In this document: positions 1 to 12,100 of the stretch, one piece after another | How positions within the stretch are numbered: the stretch's first letter is position 1 | Layout of the letters: every line of letters begins with the position of its first letter | Assembly (NCBI GenBank): GCA_002189035.1 | Contig: CM007991.1 | Span: 4,588,001 to 4,652,000 of the forward strand | Source of the DNA: Utricularia gibba | Lineage: Eukaryota; Plantae; Magnoliophyta | Length of the DNA: 64,000 bases | Direction of reading: 5' to 3' | The notes under the pieces: model-generated | Seen by the model: only the letters and a program-made list of their open reading frames with translations | What the model was told of the DNA's origin: nothing | Database searches by the model: none | Position numbers and translations under genes: made by a program

Positions 1-610
1 TCTGCAGCAAGTAACCATCTGTAAAATCTACCTTATGATGTGCTCGTGCCAAAGTTGTTACATTAACTTCTCATGGTCTTGTTGCAGAATATTGGATTAT
101 GAGCTGCTTGATCTCGAGATACCGACAATTGACATCGTGGGCAGGGTTATCCAGGCAGGGATTCCAGTTCTTGTTTACAGGTAATGCATCTCATGTTGCC
201 TGGAGCTTAGATTGAGAAATTCATCCCCCACATGATCCCTCAAACAAATGACAGTGGAGATCAAGATTCTGTTATACCCTTAACTGGGACTCGGAGACTG
301 GTGCATCGCCTGGCAAGACAGCTTAGACTGAGGACAAGCTCGCCCTATAGAGTGTGGTTTGCTGGGATGCAGGTAAGTTCACTGCAGATAGATGGATATT
401 AACAAAAAAAAAATCAAAATGAGGAGGAGGACTAAGTTATCTTCTGTTCGCATTCAGGTCGGCGGTTGGACGCAGGTCTATGGTAGCATCCTCTCCTTCG
501 CGACCATACGAGGAGCTTCCCACGAGGCCCCCTTTTCGCAACCTGAGAGATCTCTGGTGCTTTTCAAGTCCTTTTTGGAGGGGAAGCCTCTACCGGAACA
601 GTTTTCTTAG
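1..610 (+). CDS. Serine carboxypeptidase-like protein, clade II (SCPL45/46-like), 3' partial; exons <1-10, 88-180, 255-372, 458-610
   Basis: Spliced translation (GT-AG) gives CSKILDYELLDLEIPTIDIVGRVIQAGIPVLVYSGDQDSVIPLTGTRRLVHRLARQLRLRTSSPYRVWFAGMQVGGWTQVYGSILSFATIRGASHEAPFSQPERSLVLFKSFLEGKPLPEQFS*. It contains the YSGDQD motif and the catalytic His motif GASHEAP of peptidase S10. Confidence 0.95.
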
Positions 611-784
611 AAGGCATCTGGTTTATCTGTTAGCCGATGATCAGTTATTTTATTTTCAATGATGAAGTTGTATGCCAAACAATGATCCTGTGCGTGAAAT
701 GAATGCCGGCCTCTTTGTTCCCAACCAAGTTTCGGTTTGGAACAACAGATAACAAGTTTGATATGAACGTTACCATTCAGTACG

Positions 785-2448
785 CTATTCAGAAACGACT
801 GTGGGAGCTTCAACCTTCATGATCAAAGATGTGAATTCCAAGGCGAGAAGGGGCTTTGAGAGCATGGCATTCATGCTGAGTTCTCTCTGTTCATCTAAAG
901 AGGCCTCAAAATCCGCCTTGGAAGTTGATGGATTAGAGACCTTAGCAAGTGGGGCAGCTCTCAATCTAAACGAGTAAAAAAATAAATGCTTGAAAGCAAA
1001 AAAAAAAAAAGAAAGCCAAGGCATGATAATATCATCAAACTCCATAGAGTAATTAGAAATGAACCTGCATTCAACCTGGCATGAGTATTTGAGAAGTTTC
1101 GGGTTGTGCACTGTGCGACCACTGGAGCCGAAAGCGGCTAAAATTGGTCATTTGAAATGTGGGGAAGTGGATAGCAAGCAGTCCAAAACAGAATGACGAG
1201 ATACCTAAAACTTGGAAGGGAGAACCTTAAGAGAGGTCCAAGCCAACCTTTAGAAGAGCTCTGAGGTGCTTCAGCTGTTCAGTGGTTATAAATAAATTAG
1301 CGTTAAAACAGAAGCAAACTCTCACGATATAGAACCTATCTGCCACTAAAACTGACCTGAAGAAGTCATTTTGATGTTACATAAGTCAAATGCGTTGTGA
1401 TCAATGATCTCCTTCACGTAGACATCCATAGAGTTCTTCACTGGAGTGGTATCCATGCCCATGTTGCTCCAAAAGCCTCCAAACCTTATTTTCTTTGTGT
1501 TAGCCTCTGTGGTGGTATTCTAAACAAACATGCTTCACGTTAGTTATTAGAAATCAGGCGCATTAGTATAGATGAGGGGGTTAAAGTAAGGCTAACCTTG
1601 GAGAAAATTGCAACTTGACTTGGAAGTCCAAACTCCTAATAAAGAAAACAACTATCAGTCTTCTACTAGAAGATGAAATCAGACCACCACAGGATTTCTG
1701 CTGGACATATTTTCAGCCTCTGTATTTGAAAAACTACCTTCTTTCCGTGAGCGCATGCTTTATCACTGCTCACAATTACTCGTGAAGCCCAACTATTCAA
1801 AACAATTTGAAGCGTTGTCCCATTTTGAGCATAGAAAAGGAAAATTTGACTAACTTGCAGACAACTTACGTGCAGGAAGTGGGTGGATTCCATACAGTTC
1901 CGGCTAGGATCACGAGCTGAAGAAAAGGAACAGGGTACAAAAAATGGTTACATAACCCCTAGACGAACCCATTTTAAGTCCTTGTGTGTTTAACGATCTG
2001 GAGAAACAATCTCAACAAACCAATTCACAACCTCGTCGAACTTCCCGACGGGGCTATCCTCATACTTAGCAAGAAAGAATCCTCCAAGTGTGTACCTAAG
2101 GGCACAGAAAAACGAGTTATATCCTACGAAAGCTAAGAACGGAAAATGGGAGTCCCGTGTGCGTAAAAAGCAGAATGCTACCCAAATGCCTCCACTAATC
2201 TGAACTCTTTGGGAATCAAAACACGAGCTGTCTCCGACTTGACGAGATGGAACTGGTATAAGGCACTGACACATGATCACGAACACTTTAAATTGGGCGT
2301 ACTGTGCTCTACTCCGACACTAATCATTTGAAGCACCATCAAATGGAATGGAATTCCCATTTACAAGGGATAATACTTGCCTGCCTTTAAACACCCATGG
2401 TGGTTTACCATATTCTAAAGATTGATTCTTCACATCCTCACTCGCCAT
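785..2448 (-). CDS. NXD1: NEOXANTHIN-DEFICIENT 1 family protein; 10 coding exons (2448-2381, 2265-2182, 2095-2032, 1916-1870, 1792-1738, 1635-1597, 1519-1357, 1274-1205, 1121-1065, 965-785)
   Basis: All exon phases close into one frame: MASEDVKNQSLEYGKPPWVFKGSALYQFHLVKSETARVLIPKEFRLVEAFGYTLGGFFLAKYEDSPVGKFDELVILAGTVWNPPTSCTWASRVIVSSDKACAHGKKEFGLPSQVAIFSK..., which matches the NXD1 family N-terminus as I recall it. The first coding intron uses a GC donor. A probable 5'UTR intron spans 2449-2714. Confidence 0.9.
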
Positions 2449-2988
2449 CTACCATAATAAAAGAAACGAGGTCGTTGACCATAATACAATTCATTCCGAA
2501 AAATCAAGTTTTCTTGACTTAATCAAATGACCCGAATGGCATAAGAAGCGTGAAAGCACAATCTTAGATAAAATCGAGAGCCACAAGGTAGAGAGCAACG
2601 CAAACACAGAGGACGCCAAACACATCGAAGCTTGTTTGTAAAATGAGAAATGGATGCGATCAGACACAAAAAGGGATTCAGCCTGCAGAAGATGCAGGTC
2701 AGAACAAAGCAAACCTTCTTAGCAGAAACCCAGATAACTCTCCCAAAGAGTGTTGGAGTTCAGTGAGTTCTCACAGTGGCGCAGACGCCAGAAAAAGTCA
2801 TAAATAAGATAGAGGGCCGGAAAGAGAAGCGACATCCATCCCCATCCCAGGGAGTAATTCGGCGCCAACTATGAACTGTGTATGCATCTAATCTCTTGAA
2901 CGTCAAGCATCCGCAGTTTCTCAGGAATACCAGCAATGCATCCAGTTCCCGATTCGTAGCCGATAATCAATAATCATAGAGCACCATG

Positions 2989-3211
2989 TGGGCCGGTCGA
3001 GCTTTAAATGAGCCTTGTCTGGGCCCACTGAAATCTTAGGCTTCTTTTCTTAAATAGGCTGATGGAAAGCAACGCTCGATTTTTACCTTAAAAAGTAGTT
3101 TCCTTGGAGAATTATGGCAGCTGCTCTTTCTTCACCACTGTCCTTTTTTTTCCCAAAAAGGCTCCTAACGAAAGTATGAGGTGGGCCGGCCGCAACATTT
3201 GCATATGGGCC
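2989..3211. promoter_or_regulatory. Cluster of site II elements (TGGGCY, TCP-binding) upstream of NXD1
   Basis: TGGGCC at 2989-2994, 3020-3025, 3182-3187 and 3206-3211. Motif match only. Confidence 0.45.
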
Positions 3212-4501
3212 TGCCTCATGCCCGAGTTTCTACCTGCCTCCTTGATTTCCTTCTTGCTGACTGACCCCGTTGATCGCTTTGGTACTCCATTTTCGTGTTC
3301 TCAAGCCATGGAGGGACAGAGCAGAAGAGCTTCAAGGTTTTGGGTGACATCTTGAGAATGTATAGGGCTTATGTAGCTACAGAAAACGTCTTCTGTAATG
3401 GAGGACTCTCCAACACCTGCCGTGTTTTAGGGAGGATTGTGTGTTTGTGTGTGTGAACAGTGTTGCTAATAGGAGACATAATCCGATGTCTGAATGCTGT
3501 CGTCAAGGCTGGCGTAAGCGTATCTGCTGAGCTTCACGTAACTCGGGTTTACTGCTCCGCCGACGGCGGCATTGTCAGTGTGTATGCTAAATGAAATCCG
3601 CGGCACACCCACTGCAGAGGCGGCTACCTCTAATGCACGCCTGCTTCTCTGCTGAGCTTCACTAGGGCTTTCAGCTTCGGCCTATGCTTGCACGCTACAT
3701 GATGAAAAAGGACTTCTCAAGCATGATAACATAAACTATTTTCCCCCAGCTTATTTACTTTGGATTGCAAAAGTGTAAAAGCAGGGATGGTCGATGCCGA
3801 ATGTCCCAATTCTAATTCCAACTCCAATCCCGAGGAGTGAAGTGAGCTGGGGGCATGTGAAGCCTGAGCAAGAAGGTGACTTTTTCCCCACCCTCGTCGT
3901 CCTAATGTTATGGCACGCTACTCGAGGGTCTCTGGTTTTCCTTTCGTTTCGGCTGGCATTACATAACGCTGATTAGCAGTAGTCCTGATCGGGCAGAAGA
4001 ACGGTTTTAAAAGAGAATCGAATCCCCAATCCTCTAAGTTTTCTTGCGAGGCGCCCTCCCATATCTGTGTCCTTTCCTGGGTCCGTTGTCCCGCTCGAGT
4101 CAGCGTCCACATTCATGTCGGGTGCGTCTCTGTCTCAGAGAGCTTTACCAACCCGGTGGTCAGTAGTGGACCATACATACTCAAAATCCAACTAACTACC
4201 GCCACCATAAACCAAGATCTCAATCGTGTCAATGGAGTAACACTGTACAACGAACAATATTAAATTTATATGTGAGTGAAACTTATGGAGCAATAACAAT
4301 GTGTTTGATCGGAATTTGGTGGTGAAAATGGTGGCATGCAGTACTCGGAGTAGCTCTTTTAATCGTTCTTATCTTTGTTCCTTTGTTGTCCCCATGGTAT
4401 CTTTGTTTTGCCTCTAGGTTCTGACCATTCCCACTTCTTTATTCCCCACCTCTTCTTCTATATAAAGTGGGTGACATATTCAGATCTACCACCAGAAGGA
4501 G

Positions 4502-5161
4502 ATGGCTACTCAGCAGACTGAGCTTCAATTCGGTACTTCTGAGGTTTTCTCCACGTTTAAGTGAATTGGATTTCTGGTTTTTCAGCTCGTGAATTTTGTT
4601 GAGCAGGGACAGGGAGAAAGCCGCACTACCGGGGAGTGAGGCAGAGGCCGTGGGGCAAGTGGGCTGCAGAAATACGTGACCCCAAGAAAGCAGCTCGTGT
4701 CTGGCTTGGAACCTTCGATACCGCTGAGGATGCGGCGCTCGCCTACGACGACGCTGCCCTTAAATTCAAAGGCTCCAAAGCTAAGCTCAACTTCCCGGAA
4801 CGAGTGGTTCAGGGCAAAACAGAGCTTAAATACTTCTTCCCGACCAGTTCTTCGTCACCCTCATCATTCACCACCAGCAGCGGTTCCGATGCATTTTCGT
4901 TGTGCGACTCTTTCCCTGGGCTTGAGCAGTACGCCCAGCTCCTACGTAGCACTGATGCCGAGTTCCCTCGTATCACCTCTGCCCTTTACGGTAGCCGCTG
5001 ATATTAACACCATTGCATCCTTCACATACATGCACAAGACTCATATCTTCAAAATTGCTTGTCTTGTGTTTCCAGGTTCGATTTTGGGGCACGAGGAAGT
5101 TCAAGGTGGGTTTGACTTGGAGGATGGGTTGGGAGTCTATTCCAGCTTCTATGGGGAGTAG
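4502..5161 (+). CDS. AP2/ERF transcription factor, group X-like (ERF113/114/115/ABR1 type); exons 4502-4532, 4607-4990, 5076-5161 (intron-2 retention would end at 5001)
   Basis: AP2 domain [60 protein letters not shown] and a downstream LEQYAQLL motif. TATATAAA sits at 4459-4466. The short first exon and third exon are inferred from GT-AG sites and frame closure and are less certain than the domain. Confidence 0.85.
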
Positions 5162-5652
5162 TAGTTGGAGTACATGAAATATGAATCCAGAAGATGCGTG
5201 TGTGTGTGTTCTTTGCATGGAAGTTGTAGCATCCCTACCCCCTCTTGGGCTTCCTGCTCGCTCACTCTTTCCTCCCGTCGAGTTTTCTGCTGCTCCTTCC
5301 GCAGTATTTGAGTGGTCGACATCACATACGCTGTTGGTATCTAATCTATTAAACCAGATTCTCCTGTTTATCTCAAACGGCGTGGAGTTGAAGTTAGTTT
5401 TACAATGTTGCTTCGAATTTGGGTTTAGTGGGATCAACCTTCCACTCTTTTGCTCGCAACACCAAACCCCCAGAATTAATTTAAGCGTCCCCTTCGGAAC
5501 TGGATTGAATGAATGTACTCGCTCGCACTGAGTATGCAAATCGCGTACAATTTGCAGTCCGTCTGGTCAGAAATCACGGCCGATGGCATCAATTCTACTT
5601 GCCACCGTCAAGCCTTTCGGCTGTACTAACTACTACCGGAGAACAATTTCTT

Positions 5653-5690
5653 GGCCCATTTTTTCGGGCTGAACTGCAATTTACTGGGCT
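5653..5690. promoter_or_regulatory. Site II elements in the Rieske gene promoter
   Basis: GGCCCA at 5653-5658 and TGGGCT at 5685-5690, about 200 bp before the ATG. Site II motifs are typical of plant nuclear respiratory-chain gene promoters. Confidence 0.45.
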
Positions 5691-5881
5691 TCATCGGTTC
5701 GTTTCAGAGCCCGGCCCTGAATACTAAAGTCATATTTCCCCGAGGATGACGCAGGGTCACCAAAAATCCTCCTTCTGGAGGGGAATCCAGCGAGAGGGAA
5801 GCGAAGGTCCTTTCCCTCAAACCTCTCCTCGTACATTTTATCCATTTCAAACAAGAGTCGCAAATCTGCGGTGGTTTGAGG

Positions 5882-7059
5882 ATGCTGAGAGTAGTTGGGA
5901 GGAGGCTGTCTTCCCTTAAATGGGGCTCTCTCCAGGGCTCGCCTGCGGCTTTCGTAGCTGCGGCCAGAAGCCCTTGCCTCGCACCGGATTATACCTCTGG
6001 CACATCTGATGGGTCGATGGGTTCCGCCAATCGCCCATTTTTCATCATGGCTTCCCACCCTGATCAAATCAGAGGTTTGCTGGCTGCCTATTTTTTGTAT
6101 TAGGGCTATTTCTTCGAGTTTCTGTACGCGACGAATCTCTTCGTTTCGGGCGGAATTATTCTTTCATTGTTTTCGATAACTCCATGGATGATTTGACGAC
6201 TTGTATTCCTTCCTGTGAATTGCATACAATATGGTAATCCTTACTGCAGCTTGAAACGTGCCAACCTTGGAGCCATGTGGTTTTTCAACTTTTTATATGC
6301 GATCGATGGTTTTATTCTTCCAGTTTCCATTGGATTGCTCAGAGTCTGCTGTTACTGCTTACACCTACTGCACTTTTTTTCAGCAAACCTGTTGCATATT
6401 TTTTAGGTTTCAGTTCTGGTGCCATTGCACCAGGGCAAGATGGGGAAGAAACTGGATTGATTTCGGAAATCCCTGCTACGGTCGCAGCTATTAAGAATCC
6501 CAGTTCGAAGATTGTGTATGATGAGCACAACCACGAGCGTTACCCAGTGGGTGATCCAAGCAAACGGGCGTTTGCTTATTTTGTTTTGACTGGGGGAAGG
6601 TTTGTGTATGCATCATTGGCGCGCCTCTTGATACTCAAGTTTGTTCTGAGCATGTCGGCCAGCAAAGACGTCCTGGCTCTTGCTTCTCTTGAGGTCGACC
6701 TGTCGAGCATAGAACCTGGAGCTACTGTCACAGTCAAGTGGCGTGGGAAGCCAGTCTTCATCAGACGTCGAACCGAGGATGACATTAAGCTGGCGAATAG
6801 TGTGGACGTTGCGTCATTGCGTGATCCGCAGGAGGATGGCGTCAGGGTCAAGAATCCAGAATGGCTTGTGGTGGTGGGTGTGTGCACCCACCTGGGGTGC
6901 ATTCCCTTGCCAAATGCAGGTGACTTTGGTGGTTGGTTTTGCCCCTGTCATGGATCGCACTACGATATCTCCGGCAGGATTCGCAAAGGGCCGGCGCCGT
7001 ACAACCTGGAGGTTCCGACCTACACTTTCTTGGATGAAAACAAGCTGTTGATTGGTTGA
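5882..7059 (+). CDS. UCR1: Mitochondrial cytochrome bc1 complex Rieske iron-sulfur subunit; exons 5882-6074, 6407-7059
   Basis: Arg-rich presequence [11 protein letters not shown], then Rieske boxes CTHLGC and CPCHGSHY and [10 protein letters not shown]. One phase-1 GT-AG intron. Confidence 0.97.
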
Positions 7060-7294
7060 TCATGATGACATTGAGGAAGATGAACCTGTGGATCCATTTG
7101 CTATACCCTCTGCTATGGTGAGACTACTGTTGGTGATTCTGTGCCTCCAAGGCTTGACACGGCGCAGCTGGCTCTGTTCCGAATAATGCACCATAACTTT
7201 GCTTGTGTGTTTTTGCCTGCATTAATGAAATAACGCTTGCTCGCTACAGATATGAAAGTCTGCGATTGGTAATCCGATATTTGAGATATAACTT

Positions 7295-8110
7295 TAGGGT
7301 TGGGATCGGTTCGAACCACCCAAACCGTTTGGGTACCATTGGTTTCAAGCATTTTGAATTGTTGGTTTAATTGGTTCTAAATCAGTTCTGACCCTTGAAA
7401 TCGTTATTTCTAAAATCTAAATCATTTATAATGTGACTCTTTAATTTAAAAGAAATTAACAATCTATGAATATAGAGTAAAATTAGTACTTAGAAAATAA
7501 CTTATTCAAACCTATCATTAAGAGAATAAATATTTTGTAATTAGACTATAAAGAATTGGAGAAAATAGAAGTCATACATTAGAACAAAAAGGAATTAAAA
7601 GTAATAATAATTGACACCACAAACTCAAAAACTTAATAAATTAACAATGTTGAAACATTCAAAAAAAAAGAAAATTTATCATTAGATTTATAAAATAAGC
7701 CAAATATCTCATAAAAAGTATATTTCAAAAGTATTTATAATTTAAGATTGTACTCTAACATTATTAAATTCAAACGAAATAAAATGAAGAATCCATCAAA
7801 TTCAATAATACCTATAAAAAAATGAAGACACATTTTGGGGTTTAAGGTAGATCTACTTTTAATTAATTGAATTCTTCTGATTGCAAGATTTGAAGCTTAA
7901 ATTTGATTACAACATTATTGAATAAAAACTTAAATTTAGCTTCAATTTTCTTAATTTTAATCTTTGTAATTATTTTAAATGAAATGATTTTATTATCAAA
8001 TATTTTAATCTTTGATCAATTAGAACCACTCGAAATAAATTTTTTCATTCCAAAAATTTATCATCAAATCCGTGTCGTTGTGGTTTTGATTTTGGTTTGG
8101 AACCGAAAAT
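7295..8110. other. AT-rich insertion-like segment, possibly a degenerate non-autonomous DNA transposon (hAT-like)
   Basis: Abrupt drop in GC between two GC-richer genes. It begins TAGGGTTGGGATCGGTTCGAACC and has repeated AACCG/CGGTT motifs at both edges. I found no matching right TIR or TSD. Confidence 0.3.
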
Positions 8111-8286
8111 TGAGAAGGTGAGGCTCAGAGGGTGATCCGGCAAGTCTTGTAGTTGGGCCAAAGAATCGGAATCCTGCCCACTATTTTTTCATATAAAATC
8201 GGAATCCCGCAAGCCCTAGATTTTCATCTGCTTGGGTCTCTCGAGCTCCGTCGTACGTTGTGAGCCGCCTGCACTCAGAATCCAGA

Positions 8287-8821
<535 letters not shown>

Positions 8822-9116
8822 TTCACCTCGTTTCACCGTAGCCTCTCTTGTCTTCGTTTCACCTCGTTCTGTCCTGGGTTATGTGAACCATGTGATTATC
8901 ATTTGAAATTGATGAGAGCCCCCAGGTATATTTATTATCAGGAATTGGATGGGAAAAAAGGAAGCTTCTTTATAGCGAAAGAAAGAAAAAGTCTACTACG
9001 CAGGGCTGGTGGCTGTTTCCAAACAGCACATCCCGGCCCCAGCCATGAACCTAACAACACCTGATGTATGTACTCCTCAAGGGTGAACCCTATTTACAGA
9101 GCAGGGAAATGGTTAT

Positions 9117-12100
9117 TCAAAACTCCGGCTGCTCGGATTTCACAAGAACCGGGGATGATGATGTGCAGCTTCCTCCGTTTTGAACGCAGAGGCTGTTAGC
9201 AACCACGGAATCCGACACCAGGCCAACATCAACGTTATCAAAATTGAGAGCTCCCCTGAGCTTCCGCGTTCTGTGAAACAGGGGGAGGAAAAAATGGGAG
9301 TTCTGCTCATTTGATTGAAAATGTATGCTTAATAAGTTACCCGTTCAACCGGTTGTTGATAACCGTGAGGTCTTTAGAAGGGCTCTGGTAGGCACGAGTG
9401 CTTTCCCCAACGCAGGCATAAAAGCTTTTTGAGCTATGTGAAATGAGCGTATCCATCTGCAACATTTGTGCCACCCGATCAGTGAGTGTAGCTAAAGATG
9501 CTGCTATGCGCGAAAAAGCCAAAAGCAATGAACACTACACTACACACATCGAACATACGAGCTGGAAGACAAGTGATGCCGTCTAACATAATGATGCATT
9601 GGTCCATGGATTTAGAAGTAAACGCATGAAGAAAGTCAGGAGGGAAGAGTTTCATGCCTTGGATGTCCTCAATGGGGAGACATAGACGTTATGAACTGCA
9701 GAGACTTTCTTGGGAGACATGTCTGGGATAACTGGAAAGGTTGTTTTTGGTGATGCTGGACTTCCGCCTACTCGGTCAGGAAATCCATGGATTAGTTCTT
9801 TGAGTTGGTTGAACAATAAACACGCTAAGCGCACATACCATCAAAATTGCTCCTTCCATCTCCGCCAACACCGCCCCTCTGTGGTGATCCAGATGGGGCA
9901 ACCTCAACCAGGAGAGGCTTCACAGCAGGAACAAATACTTCATTGTAAAACGTGATGATATCAACATGGTCTGAACCATTTTTCTGACACACAGCAAAAC
10001 AAGAAGATGAACCTAGCGATATCAAATAATTTTTTTAAACAGGAAAAATAACATAAGCCATATACCCACCCCATCACGGTAATGAGCTGTACGGTCGACG
10101 TAGACGCTACGGAAAACTTGAGGCTTGCAGTGTGGCTGCTTTCTATAGTTAAAAATTATTTCTTTGAAAGTGAGCGGAATCTGGGAAATCTGCAAAAACA
10201 TAAAGCACATGAGAGGGCAGGCCAGCAAAAAACAAGAATCTCAGGGAACCGAAGGATCTGAATGAACCTTGGCAACGCCATAAAAGGAGCAGAGAATAAT
10301 CTGATCAATGTGGCGGTTAAAAAACAAAGATGTACGCTGACCAAGGATCTTCTGAAAAAGACAATAAATACATTCTTTCATCTGGGGTGAAAGCTGCAGC
10401 CTTTCAACCATGCCATTGATTCTGACGGCAGCTAATTTCGCAATCTAAACACAGAAAAAGTAGTTAAGAATAGTTTAAGAATGCAAAAAAATAAGGGGAA
10501 CGTGGAGCGAACTGAGCTTCATCATTGGAAGTTAAGCGACCGATATTATTTTCATAATGACTGAAGTATGATTTGATGTAGCGTGTACCTTGCTGAAGAA
10601 CACGTTGACTGCTGTCTCAGCACACGTTTCCCCTGCACCGCCTGGATTTGGTCTCGTAGGACTGGGGAAAAAAAAATTAAATTGAATATAAGATTTCAAA
10701 AAGCCACCCCAAATAATGTGTGTTTTCACGGGTTACCTTGCGAAAGCAGACTGTAACACATGTGGCGGGAACTTGGACTTCAGGTTATTAGGAACCAACA
10801 GGCGATCCTTCACCGGTGAAGTGAAAGAAGTCCTGTCCACTAATGCACTTCGTTGCTCTGTGCACACTCTTTTTGGAGAGTGAATATCAACATTGTGACC
10901 TGAAAGAATGATCATACACATAAAATGGAGCAGAGAATATGATGTCACCAAAATGGAAGGTTTTGCGTGTGCAGAAGATCCATTCGATTTCTAGTTTCGA
11001 GAAACAATCTTCTTTAAAGATCAATAGAAAGTGCAAATACTTATATACCATTTATTTCCTGCTTCATAACAGATTGCATGTTGGGTACAACTCCAGATGA
11101 CGTGCTTGTATGCATAGCAATTGCATCCAAAGATGGCATTGGTTCCGCCAACAAGCCAAGGCGGTTTATTTCACTTGATAGAGCTGGCCTGGCCACCGTC
11201 AAGGAATTGAACATTGAAGAACCTTTTTCCCAGACCATACTCTCCAAAAGCCGTTCCTCAAGAGAATTTAAATGTCTTCTAAGTTCCCTTGGCAAACTTT
11301 CTTCATGTCTGATGAAGCTCTCAATCACCTTGCTTAGATCAAAAGCTGTTATTCCTGTCTTCTCCAAAACTGATGGAAACAACATTGTTACTGTCTTATG
11401 AGTGGCAAGAACAAGTTCAGCAGAGCAGGCTAGCATGCATCTGTGAAACCTCTCATTCGTCAGCAAAGAAGTCAAATTGTTGACGTGCAAAATCTGGGAC
11501 TCTGCTGAACAGATTGCCTGCAAAACCTTGTAGTAGAGTTTCACTGTCTCCATTCGACGCTGCTCTGCCCATATGTTATCCATCAGACTTGCTTTCTGGC
11601 CAGGAACACCACTGGGAAAGATGGCCTCAAGAATTATTTGGGCCCTTCTAGTGACACTGGAAGCAACATCTCGGTCACAAGACGTTAGGAATCTCTCTAA
11701 CACAGGTGATGGTCTAGGCGAAAGTGGAGCTATCACTGTCCTGAGCCATTTTGCAGTTGTCATAGTTGTGCTGATAGGAGTAGCCGATACCTTAGACAAT
11801 CCAACTGTAATTCCATTCAAATGCCTTTTAGGGGAGAGATAAGAGAATGACGGCCTGGCTGCTGTCTTTACTGGAGAGTATAAAGCTTCCACCTTCCTCT
11901 GCGGCATAGAAAGATATGTTTTGGAGCAGCAGCAGGAGCAGCTCGTATAGTTACAAAAGAATGCAAATAACGCCAAAATCAAACCTTATCCGCAATGCCA
12001 TTTGCAACCACAGGTTCAGTAGATAAACTTCCAGAACCCAGAAAACTCTCATTGTCATCAATGAAAATCCTCTCATCCAATCTGCAGTCACTATGAATCA

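Noticed and set aside
4973-5539. 188-aa minus-strand ORF and 116-aa plus-strand ORF (5181-5531) between the ERF and Rieske genes
   Set aside because: No recognisable domain; they overlap the ERF 3' region and the Rieske promoter. Most likely chance ORFs.
5882-7059. Rieske gene as an organellar DNA insertion (NUMT)
   Set aside because: It has a spliceosomal intron, a presequence and site II promoter motifs, so it is the normal nuclear gene.
7295-7330. GGTTCGAACC resembling a tRNA T-loop / B-box
   Set aside because: No cloverleaf or A-box around it; it fits better with AACCG-type transposon subterminal motifs.
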